A model generated the notes under the pieces. The model saw nothing but the letters and a program-made list of their open reading frames with translations. It searched no databases and was not told the origin of the DNA. Positions 48,470 through 61,649 of a stretch of 64,000 nt of DNA are shown here, one piece after another (within the stretch, counting starts at the first letter, position 1; each line of letters opens with the position of its first letter). Both the position numbers and the translations under genes were made by a program. This DNA is from Longimicrobiales bacterium (GTDB lineage Bacteria > Gemmatimonadota > Gemmatimonadetes > Longimicrobiales > Gaopeijiaceae), in contig CBDDCX010000008.1 in NCBI GenBank assembly GCA_965226375.1, positions 1,216,001 to 1,280,000 of the forward strand, written 5' to 3'.

Positions 48470-49552
48470 CTACCTGGAAATCAGCTCGATGACCACACCC
48501 TGTCCCGCGTATACCCCTTCGGCTCCGGCCCCGATTCGACGAATCTCATGGACGTCGGTAACGGGCCGGTCGCGAAGGAGCTGTACGGACTCAGTCCAGG
48601 ATTCCCCATCGAGGAAGAGCGTGTCCCAGCGCTCCCCGTCAACGAAGAGCGTGACCAACAGCTCACCTCCGTTCAGCCACGCCGGACGCTCGAGACGGAT
48701 GAGGTCGTACACGGAAAGGCCCTCGCCTCGAGCGGCGATGTTCTCTTGCGTAATCCGCTCCACAATGACGATCGACTGCTCAGGGGGATTTTCCAGTGAC
48801 CTGCGCGTCGGGACTCTGGCCCACGCGCTTGGGCTGAGACTGATGCCCGCCTGGAACGAGAGAGCATTGTGCTTGCGCGAGTATACATCGTCGTACGGAG
48901 CCTCATCGAACTCGCTCATCATTCTGGTATAGCGCACGTCGAGAACCAGCTTTGTCGACCCCGTGCCGAAGTCGATGCCCATCCCGATCGTGCCACCGAC
49001 ATCCACGCCCTTCGTCTCGTGTTGCACCTGAATCGCGACCGGCGGTGACATGAGCTCCACAACACAACCCGCACAGGCCGAATGCATCCCTTCCGGCCCC
49101 ACGCCGGTCGCCTGGGCCGAACCGAGGAAGGCGACCACCGGTCCGGTAAAGAGGCTCAGCGAGGGTGAGGACCGTCTGGATCCCAACCGATACTCTAGGA
49201 GCGCCACGACATCGAAGTAGTTGTAGGCCCACACACCCTCGGTCACAGCACCGAGGAGAGCTTCTTCCTTTGCTCCTCTCTTCGAGTAGTTGACTTCGGG
49301 CTGAAACGAGAAGGCACCCCCAAAATCCAGTTGGAGAAACACTCCCAAAGTGGTCGTGTTCAGGCTCTCGGCCTCGCCTATGGCTTGGCCGTGGAAATTC
49401 GAGACGTTCAGACCGCCCTTCATTCCGATATTTGCGGCGGTGATTTGTGCCGACAACGGCGTTGAGATCAGAGGATGCGTCATGCACAGCCCGATCAGGA
49501 GAACCAGGGACCCGCGAAGCAGAGACCGTAACGATAGAATCGAATTCGTCAT
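48470..49552 (-). CDS. PorT-like small beta-barrel fused to a C-terminal plug-like domain
   Basis: GMKGGLNVS, FQPEVNYSKRG, LFTGP, LDVRY, then ITQENI...VYDLIRLERPAWL...LFVDG...VHEIR...GVVIELIS. Confidence 0.65.
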   Translation of the reverse strand: MTNSILSLRSLLRGSLVLLIGLCMTHPLISTPLSAQITAANIGMKGGLNVSNFHGQAIGEAESLNTTTLGVFLQLDFGGAFSFQPEVNYSKRGAKEEALLGAVTEGVWAYNYFDVVALLEYRLGSRRSSPSLSLFTGPVVAFLGSAQATGVGPEGMHSACAGCVVELMSPPVAIQVQHETKGVDVGGTIGMGIDFGTGSTKLVLDVRYTRMMSEFDEAPYDDVYSRKHNALSFQAGISLSPSAWARVPTRRSLENPPEQSIVIVERITQENIAARGEGLSVYDLIRLERPAWLNGGELLVTLFVDGERWDTLFLDGESWTESVQLLRDRPVTDVHEIRRIGAGAEGVYAGQGVVIELISR

Positions 49553-49568
49553 TTCATTCTCCGGTTGA

Positions 49569-51413
49569 TCAATGCACGTACCCGCTCGTCCAAAGGACGA
49601 CTGCGCCGCAGGGACTCGCTGACTCGGTCATCCACTCGGGAATTCCAGCCTGACCCGGGTATACCTCGACGGCCGTGACATCCACAACGTCGAGGCCGTT
49701 CTGCCAGCCCGAATTCCCCTGGCCGCCCACCTGCACAACCGCGTGGTCGATACTCACGCTAGGGCGACACGTCATCAATCTCGGCCCGCGCGTCGAGAAC
49801 ACGTCGAAAGAGGACGCTTCCGGTACTCGGGTCACCTGGACCCCATTCATGCCCCGGAGTAGCTCCGCGATATCGCGGGCCGGTGTTGCCGCGAGATCCT
49901 CCGGTGTCCGGACCTGACCGAACCCGATCGCCTCTCGTCGATAAAACCCCACCCGGGCCAGGGACCGCGCTTGTTCTTCGCCGACGGATTCATTGGTGGC
50001 CAACAGAGCCGGGCTGACTTGTAGACGGAGCCCCGCCATGACGTCCTGGCCTTTTGCGAGCGCGAAGGTGTCCGTTGTGGCAGGAGCGTAGCCCACTCGT
50101 GTAGCGCGTAGTCGGTAGGCCCCAGGATTGGGCAACCGAAGGACGAAGCGGCCATCCTCATCGGTGATGGTCCGGCCGACGACACTGTCCCGGCGAGCCA
50201 GCAAGGTGACGTCGGCCCTCTGCAGCGGGACGCCCGATTCATCGTCGCGAACCGTGCCCCGCACCGATTGGGCCGAGGCGAACTCTTGAGGCGCGGGGGT
50301 GGCTCCCAGCGAGCGGCGGAGCGGCTCCGGGTCAAAGTCCCGGATTTCGAGAATCTCTCCTCCCGTTTCCTTGAGGCTCTTCATGACGAGTCCCAAGAAA
50401 CGCCCGCTGTCATTCTCGATTCTTGTCATATGCGGCATTCGGATGAACCACCTCCGGACGATCCAACTGCCGCCGGGTAGACGCTCAAAGTCGATCCGCC
50501 CGCCGATGGGTGCGTCCCCGACCTCCGCTGGCAGGTCCGTATATCGGTACTCCAGGTAACGAAGTTCGGCCGTGCGTTCATCGAGCCAGAGCGTACCTGT
50601 TACGTCCGGGTGCTCGATCTCTGGAGTCGGCTCGAACCGTAGACCGACCGGACCGGACCGACTCGTCCGGTCCCGCTCGACTCGGAAACAATGACCGTTG
50701 AGGAACTCGTCGGAGAGGAGGACCTCGGCGTCGGGCCCGAAGTACCGGACAACCCCGAGCGAATCGGATTGCACGTACCCGCTGCGCTGAAGATCCTCTA
50801 CCGGGCGGCTCCTTATCGGGTTGCCATGGGTGGCGGAGAACGTATACATGTCGTTCACACGAGCGACTCCCAGAGAGCCAGGCCGGAGTTCCTGAGAGTA
50901 TTGCCTTACACGGAAACTGTAGAGGCGGCTAGAACCGGTCAGCACCGCTGCGGTGAGGGCCTTACGGGCCTCACGCCAGAGCTGGTCCGTAGGCTCGCCG
51001 GATCCGTATTCCAGGTCACATCTGCTTTCACCCGTCACGACAAGCCCCTCGAGCGGAACGGCCGCGGTGCTGGCCTCGAGCAGAATCTCGATCGTTTGGC
51101 CCTGGCCTAACTCGAAGATCTCTGAAGTGGAGTCGGCGAACCCGATGCGCTGCGACCTGACTTGGAACCTGCCCGTGTCGAGAGAATGGAGTCGGAACTC
51201 GCCATTTTCATCGCTCAACACACGGGCCACCGGAAGACCGTCCTCCTGCAGCAACCAGACGATCGCACCCTCCACACCACTCTCACTATCCTGCCCGATG
51301 AGGCGCCCGGTCACCGCCTGTGACGTCAGTGAGGATGGGGCGAGGATGGCCATACCGGTACAGAGGGCCACCACACGGGATACGACGAAACGTGAGTCGG
51401 TCAGGCGACGCAT
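49569..51413 (-). CDS. Secreted protein with two carboxypeptidase-regulatory-like domains, a central unknown domain and a C-terminal plug-like domain
   Basis: VTGRL...QRIGF; central GPDAEVLLSDEFLNGHCF...GTLWLD; VRGTVRDD...RATRVGY; GFYRR...CRP...EVYPG...SPCGAVVLWT. Confidence 0.75.
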   Translation of the reverse strand: MRRLTDSRFVVSRVVALCTGMAILAPSSLTSQAVTGRLIGQDSESGVEGAIVWLLQEDGLPVARVLSDENGEFRLHSLDTGRFQVRSQRIGFADSTSEIFELGQGQTIEILLEASTAAVPLEGLVVTGESRCDLEYGSGEPTDQLWREARKALTAAVLTGSSRLYSFRVRQYSQELRPGSLGVARVNDMYTFSATHGNPIRSRPVEDLQRSGYVQSDSLGVVRYFGPDAEVLLSDEFLNGHCFRVERDRTSRSGPVGLRFEPTPEIEHPDVTGTLWLDERTAELRYLEYRYTDLPAEVGDAPIGGRIDFERLPGGSWIVRRWFIRMPHMTRIENDSGRFLGLVMKSLKETGGEILEIRDFDPEPLRRSLGATPAPQEFASAQSVRGTVRDDESGVPLQRADVTLLARRDSVVGRTITDEDGRFVLRLPNPGAYRLRATRVGYAPATTDTFALAKGQDVMAGLRLQVSPALLATNESVGEEQARSLARVGFYRREAIGFGQVRTPEDLAATPARDIAELLRGMNGVQVTRVPEASSFDVFSTRGPRLMTCRPSVSIDHAVVQVGGQGNSGWQNGLDVVDVTAVEVYPGQAGIPEWMTESASPCGAVVLWTSGYVH

Positions 51414-51475
51414 TTCAGTTGCCAACACTTCCCGGTAAATGGCCTACCAAAGTCTCGATCGTAATTGCAGATCGA

Positions 51476-52250
51476 TCACCGTATATAGCCCGTCGTCCAA
51501 ATGACGACCGCACCACACGGACTGCGGGATCCGGCCAACCATATAGGCAAGCCGGCGGGACCAGCATACACCTCTATGGCCGCAACATTCAGAACATTGA
51601 CCGAAGACGACCAGCCCGTACCACTTCGGTTTCGGCCACCCGTTTGCACCACCTGGCCATTGATCGCCACGCTCATGCGACACGGTATCCCTCGTGTCGA
51701 GAAAACGTCGAAATCATCCAGACCGCCTCGAACGACTCCGACCCCCGGAATGCCCCTGAATAGATCATCGAGCGTATGCAGACCGGGCTTTCTCGCTAGC
51801 TCCTCCGGCGACATGAGGTGGCCAAATCCAATCGCTTCACGTCTATAGAACCCGACCCGAGCCAAGGACAGGTTCTGCCCCTCCACGATGGCCGCGAGGG
51901 GGTCCAGCAGTATCGGACTGGGTTGCAGACGCAGCTCCGCGAGAGCGTCCTGTCCGGGCTCGAGCACGAACTCGCCGGATATCGCGGGCAAATAGCCGAT
52001 GCGTGTAGCCCGTAGACGGTACGAACCGGCATCCGGCAAGCGAATGGCGAACCGCCCACGATCGTCGGTGATGTACTCGCTTAGGATGCTGTCATTCGAG
52101 TTCACCAGAGCGACACCGGCCGTCTCTATCGGAAACGCCCCACTCGTCGTCCAAGACCCTGCCCTCGATGGTCTGAGCCCAGGTGGGCGAGGCGGGTGAG
52201 CACAGGAACGCCAATAGCCATCCAGTCGCAAAGCGGGTCGTACGTCGCAT
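51476..52250 (-). CDS. Secreted carboxypeptidase-regulatory-like + plug-like protein (+1 frameshift at ~52133)
   Basis: Signal MRRTTRFATGWLLAFLCSPASPTWA-QTIEGRVLDD in one frame and PIETAGVAL...RATRIGY...EVYAG...SPCGAVVIWT in another. Paralog of 13654-14541. Confidence 0.78.
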
Positions 52251-52398
52251 CCTCACCGCCTTCTCCGAAGCCGTCGATTCAACACCGGACTCACCTGGAG
52301 CGGGTGTCGGCAAGATGTATGCCGACGACCATACCCTGGAATACCGCCCCTTTGTTGGTTCCACAGCCGTCTAGGGTAGTGTCGCGATATTTGTGTAA

Positions 52399-53496
52399 AT
52401 GGGGTATTGCCTTAAGTCCACCGCCCACTACATGTTGTGGTCATGGCGGTTCCGGCTTCTCAGCTCCGTGGCGGCGTGGACTATCCCCGTACGCGGCTGG
52501 AGCTGGACGAGTTCTTCCCCGACGATGCGGCATGCCTGGAGTACGTGGAGGGTCTGCGCTGGCCGGAAGGGTTTGTGTGCGTGGGCTGTGGCGGGTTGGG
52601 AGAGGTCTGGCGAGCATCGCGGGGGCGTCTCGTCTGCCCACACTGTCGAAGGCAGACCTCGGTGCTGGCGGGAACCGTGTTCCACCGCACGCGCTCGCCC
52701 CTGCGTCTGTGGTTTCTCGCTGCCTGGGAGCTCACGAGCCAGAAATACGGAGCCAATGCTCTCGGGCTCCAGCGCGTGCTCGGACTGGGAAGCTGGACGC
52801 CACGTTCTTGGACGCCCGCTGGGCTACAAGACAGCGTGGGTCTGGCTCCACAAGCTCCGCCGGGCCATGGTCCGACCGGATCGCGACCAGCTGAGCGGCG
52901 TTGTGCAAGTGGACGAGAGCTATGTCGGGGGCGTGGAGGCTGGAGTGCGGGGCCGCGAGACGATCAAGAAGGCCATCGTCGCGATCGCCGCCGAGGTCGA
53001 CGGACGCAAGATCGGGAGAATACGGCTGCGTTGGGTGCCCGACCTCTCCGCTCCGGTTCTGCGAGGCTTCGTCAAGGATAGCATCGCACCGGCAAGCACG
53101 GTGCATACCGACGGATGGCCAAGCTATCAGGGACTCGCCAAACTGGGCTTTCGCCACACGGTCACGAACCTCTCGACCTCCGGCGATCCCGCTCACGTGC
53201 TCATGTCGGCCGTACATCGGGTGGCGTCTCTCCTCAAGCGCTGGGTCCTCGGAACCCTCCAAGGAGGGATCGCCCGCGAACACCTCCCCTACTATCTGGA
53301 CGAGTTCACCTTTCGCTTCAACCGACGCACATCCCGGGCTCGCGGCCTGTTGTTCTACCGCTTGCTTGAGCAGGCTGTTCAGTGTGCTCCCACGCCAGCT
53401 TCGGCCCTTTACCTCGGCACCGGACGTGGGAAACGGCCCGCAGAGCCCCGGTAACCACTATATCTTGGGGTCGGTGGACTTAAGGGAATACCCCCT
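52399..53496 (+). mobile_element. IS1595-family element; transposase 52443-53454 disrupted by a 31-nt insertion
   Basis: TIR core GGGGTATT(G/C)CCTTAAGTCCACCG at 52401-52423 and 53472-53494. 8-bp TSD TTGTGTAA at 52391-52398 and 53497-53504. Zn-ribbon RWPEGFVC, VQVDESY, VHTDGW, YLDEFTFRFNRR. Confidence 0.92.
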
Positions 53497-53639
53497 TTGT
53501 GTAAAAGGGGGTGAGGGGTCCGGGGAGGGTGGACAGCCCGGGAAAAAGAGAGGAAGCTCCTTGTGAATGTTCATCATGACACGAACCCGGGGAGTCCGGG
53601 CCTGCGCCAGCAGGTCCGGAACCGGAAAGGAGCTTCCTC

Positions 53640-54821
53640 ATGGAAAAGATGGTTGAAGTTGAGCGGGCCACGCAAGAAGAGTTACGGCAGGATTTGAAGT
53701 CGTTGTTTCAGGGCGCGATTCGTGTTACGCTCGAGATGGTGCTGGAGGAGGAGTTGAAAGCGATGGTCGGAGCGCGTCGTTTCGAGCGGGTCGGCAGCCG
53801 GAAGGACCACAGGAACGGCACGTACCTCAGGCGCCTGCTCACGAGCTTGGGTCAGATCGACGTGATGGTGCCGCGCAGCCGGGAAGGCGGCTCGCCCGCC
53901 GACGTGATGGGCCGCTACCGGCGCAGGAGTGAAGAAGTGGACGAGATGATGGTGGAGGCCTACGTGAGCGGTGTGTCGCAGCGCAAGATGGGCGACGTGA
54001 CTGAAGCACTGCTGGGTGAGCGCGTGGGACGCTCGACGGTAAGCCGGGTCGCGAAGCGGCTCGATGGGGCTGTAGAAGCGCTGCGGAGCGCACCCATCGA
54101 GGGGCCTCACCCCTATCTGTATCTGGACGCGACGTTCCTCGATGCGCGCTGGGCCAGGAAGGTCGAGAACGTGAGCGCGCTCGTGGCCTACGCGGTGGAT
54201 CCGGACGGTCACCGCCGGCTCCTGGCCATCACGCTAGGCCCTGAGGAGTCAGAGGACAGTTGGTCGGAGCTCCTCGAGCAGCTCCTGGAGCGAGGTCTCA
54301 GCGGCGTCGAACTGGTGATCGCCGACAAGCACGCGGGCCTGGCAGCTGCGGTGCGCCGCTTCCTGCCTGAGGTGCGCCGTCAGCGCTGCACCGTGCACCT
54401 GCAACGCAACGTGCTGGCCAAGGTCCCGCATCGCCTGCGCAAGCGTGTGGCGCGCGAGGTTGCCGCCGTCTTCCGGGCCCCCGGGCTCGCTGAGGCGAAG
54501 AAGCGCCTGGCCGAGATCACGACGCGCTGGCAAGAGGAGCTCCCCGAGGCAATGAAGGTGCTCGAGCGGGGCTTCACGGCCGCCACCCAGTTCTACGCGT
54601 TCCCCGAGCCCCACTGGGCCAGGCTACGCACCACGAACAGCCTCGAGCGCCTGCACACCGAGATCAAGCGTCGGATCCGGAGCGCCGGCGCCTTCCCCGA
54701 CCGAGCCAGTGCGCTCCGCCTCATCACCGCGGTTGCTCTGAAGACTACTGCGGTCTGGAGCGAACGCCGCTACCTCGATCTCACGCTTCTCGAACCCAAG
54801 GAGGTCGCCAAGGCAGCCTAA
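53640..54821 (+). CDS. IS256-family (Mutator-like) DDE transposase
   Basis: RNG, PRSREG, GVSQR, YLYLDAT, VIADKH, QRCTVHL, RTTNSLER, AFPD. Confidence 0.95.
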   Translation: MEKMVEVERATQEELRQDLKSLFQGAIRVTLEMVLEEELKAMVGARRFERVGSRKDHRNGTYLRRLLTSLGQIDVMVPRSREGGSPADVMGRYRRRSEEVDEMMVEAYVSGVSQRKMGDVTEALLGERVGRSTVSRVAKRLDGAVEALRSAPIEGPHPYLYLDATFLDARWARKVENVSALVAYAVDPDGHRRLLAITLGPEESEDSWSELLEQLLERGLSGVELVIADKHAGLAAAVRRFLPEVRRQRCTVHLQRNVLAKVPHRLRKRVAREVAAVFRAPGLAEAKKRLAEITTRWQEELPEAMKVLERGFTAATQFYAFPEPHWARLRTTNSLERLHTEIKRRIRSAGAFPDRASALRLITAVALKTTAVWSERRYLDLTLLEPKEVAKAA

Positions 54822-54874
54822 CCGAAGCATCGAGGAGCTTCCTCTCACTTTTACACACAACTCGGGACTTGACC

Positions 54875-55092
54875 GTCGGTCACGAGCGGAAGACGACACG
54901 GTGTGGTATGGCCGGCAGGGTGGTGTGGTTTACCTGTCGGACCGGAAGGTGCGTGTGGAGCGGCCACGGCTCAGGCGCCGGGGCGCCGGGGAGGGTGGCG
55001 AGGTCGAGGTGCCGGCGTACGCAGCGATCCGGAGACCGGGCGCCGTGGCGGATCGGATGCTCGAGGTCCTGATGGCGGGGGTGAGCACGCGG
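54875..55092 (+). mobile_element. Internal fragment of a second, different IS256-family transposase
   Basis: WYGRQGGVVYLSDRKVRVERPRLR...EVEVPAY...RMLEVLMAGVSTR, truncated on both sides. Confidence 0.7.
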
Positions 55093-55843
55093 GTGCTTTC
55101 CGCGCCGTACGGGGGCCAGCAGCCCATTCTCCCGCATCAGCCGCAGCACGCGGTTCTTGCCCACACCGATCCCCTTGGCTCTCAGACGGGCCCGGACCTT
55201 CCGGTGGCCTTCGCCCAGGAAGTCGCTCTCCTTCAGCACCTGTCGGATCTCCTCCACCAACTCCTCGTCGCTCAGCTTCGTCTTCGGTCCGCGCTTCTTC
55301 AGCCCTGCCGGCCCGTCGCTCTCTTCTCGATCTCGGGCCGCGTAGACCGTCGAGCGCCCCACCCGCCAGACCTCGCAGATCATCGTCAGAGGGTAGAGCC
55401 GCCCTGTCCCCGGACTCACCCGCGTCCGCGCTTCAAGAGCTTCTCCAGCTCGTCCCCGTACCCCCTTTTTTCCAGGAGTTCTCTCGCAAGCTCCAGTCGC
55501 ATCGTCAACTCTCCCAGCTTCGCCCGGGTCCGGGTCAGCTCCCGTTCTCCAGGGTCTCGGCCCCGGCGTCTCAGTCCCTGCTGACCGGTCTCCAGGAACA
55601 CCCGCCGCCATTCCTCCAGCTCCGGCGGTGAGACCTGTACCTCGCGGCTGACCTCCACCAGGTCCTCACCCCGTAGCAGGCGCAGCACCACCTCCGTTTT
55701 CTGCTGGGCACTCCACCGCTCGGGTACCTTCTCACGACCTGCGGTCGCCTTGTTCTCCCTCGGCTTCTGGGCCATCACGTCCCTTTCTCTCTGGACCCGC
55801 TGTCTTTGCCAATCTACTGTCCAGAGAAATCGGGGGCGCTAAA
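55093..55843 (-). mobile_element. Truncated IS3-family element (orfA 55416-55778, 5' part of orfB)
   Basis: End sequence TTTAGCGCCCCCGATTTCTCTGGACA. orfA HTH RWSAQQKTEVVLRLLRGE. A6G slippery site at 55465-55471. orfB ICEVWRVGRSTVY...GEGHRKV...NRVLRLMRENGL. DDE part missing. Confidence 0.82.
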
Positions 55844-55885
55844 GGTGAGAGAGTACGACGCCGCTTCAAGAAAGTTCGCCCCAAC

Positions 55886-55920
55886 AAAAAGGGCCTACAA
55901 CCAAGACGGTTGTAGGCCCT
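55886..55920 (-). terminator. rrn operon terminator
   Basis: Perfect stem AGGGCCTACAACC/GGTTGTAGGCCCT followed by a U tract, just after 5S. Confidence 0.88.
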
Positions 55921-55928
55921 ATATGTAA

Positions 55929-56044
55929 GCTGGCGGCGACGTACTCTCCCACCGGGTCCCCCCGGCAGTACCATCCGCGCGGCAGGGCTTAACGGCCGTG
56001 TTCGAGATGGGAACGGGTGTATCCCCTGCGCAATAACCACCAGC
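55929..56044 (-). rRNA. rrf: 5S rRNA
   Basis: Conserved CCCGTTCCCATCTCGAACACGG and GGGAGAGTA segments; the ends pair. Confidence 0.95.
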
Positions 56045-56154
56045 AAAAACATCAGGGTAGAGAGAGAATCCATAAAGACCTTTGGATTCTTGTCCAAAAG
56101 TGTGTTGGTTTGGGGTGAGGATCTTAGTTCAGACCTCCTGAAGGGAGGAAGGAA

Positions 56155-59123
<2,969 letters not shown>

Positions 59124-59380
59124 AATCTCCCTTCGTTTTTTCCCCAGCGCGGCGTCGCGCTTCGGTCTCAGCTCAGTCGCCGTACAACAGTACGCCTCCT
59201 TCGCCTCGCCTCACGCTCCTTGATCTGAGAAAAAATACTCGGGATATGTTCCAGCCTCACCTCAAACCTTCACACATCTCAGACATCAGTCTTACCTAAG
59301 GTCTTTACTTCAACTTCTCTCTCTACCCTGTAACCTGTTGTCATTCCAGGATTTCGGCCCCGGAAGAAGCATCAGATCGT

Positions 59381-59393
59381 TTTTCAAAAAGCA
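59381..59393 (-). promoter_or_regulatory. Spacer boxA-like antitermination site
   Basis: TGCTTTTTGAAAA on the minus strand within the ITS. Confidence 0.55.
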
Positions 59394-59503
59394 GGACTCA
59401 CGACCAGGCCGTGAACCTTGTATATGAGAACTGAGATCTTGAGGTGATGAGCGGGTAGACACTCGAGAGCTTTTCGGATCCGAAGATCTTACTCTGCATC
59501 TCC

Positions 59504-61068
<1,565 letters not shown>

Positions 61069-61223
61069 AATGAAGAAAGCTTAAATCAGCTCTGGTGAAC
61101 GCCGACCTAAAATGTAGATCGATCGTTCGGAATCTACGTTCAAAACCCACTCGCATTCTAAGACGCGAAAGAAGCGAGACGTAGTGCTCGCTTCGTGTGG
61201 GCCCGCTCACTACCTCAAGACCT

Positions 61224-61238
61224 CAGTTTTCAAACAGC
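61224..61238 (-). promoter_or_regulatory. Leader boxA-like site overlapping the 16S processing stem
   Basis: GCTGTTTGAAAACTG. 61212-61228 is complementary to 59429-59445 with one mismatch. Confidence 0.55.
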
Positions 61239-61342
61239 TTGGGCTCGCCCTCGAAAGAGGTCGAGAACTCGGAGGACGCGGGGCCCTCGCGAGCAAAATG
61301 CAGCGGGCCGCTGTACTGCAAGCGGCTCGCCGCGAGGCCTAA

Positions 61343-61371
61343 AGAATAAGCAGGGTTCTAGAAGGTGTCAA
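61343..61371 (-). promoter_or_regulatory. sigma70 promoter of the rrn operon
   Basis: TTGACA-17 bp-TATTCT followed by a GC-rich discriminator. Confidence 0.8.
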
Positions 61372-61442
61372 CACCAGGCGCCGGGATTTCTTCGGGGGGT
61401 CTCGAGCACCCCCATCTCGACCTGTCCATGACCCCCAAAAAG

Positions 61443-61517
61443 GGTGGACGAGCGGAATTGAACCGCCGACCTCCGGAACCACAATCCGGCGCTCTAACCA
61501 ACTGAGCTACGCCCACC
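61443..61517 (-). tRNA. tRNA-His(GTG)
   Basis: GGTGGGCGTAGCTCAGTTGGTTAGAGCGCCGGATTGTGGTTCCGGAGGTCGGCGGTTCAATTCCGCTCGTCCACC with an encoded G-1:C73 pair. Confidence 0.96.
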
Positions 61518-61649
61518 AAAAGTCCTCTACGGGCGTGAAAGCTAAACGGTACTTCCTGGCACGTAAACCCATGTGGGACGTCCCTGGAACCGACACTCTT
61601 CGCAGGGGATAATGACCGATATCAGGGCCTACTCAAGCGGAGCAAGTAC

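Larger units (their letters stand above)
52375..54874 (+). mobile_element. IS256-family element (left IR interrupted by IS1595)
   Basis: Left end GGTAGTGTCGCGATATTTGTGTAA[IS1595]AAG versus right-end reverse complement GGTCAAGTCCCGAGTTGTGTGTAAAAG. Intact transposase inside. Confidence 0.82.
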
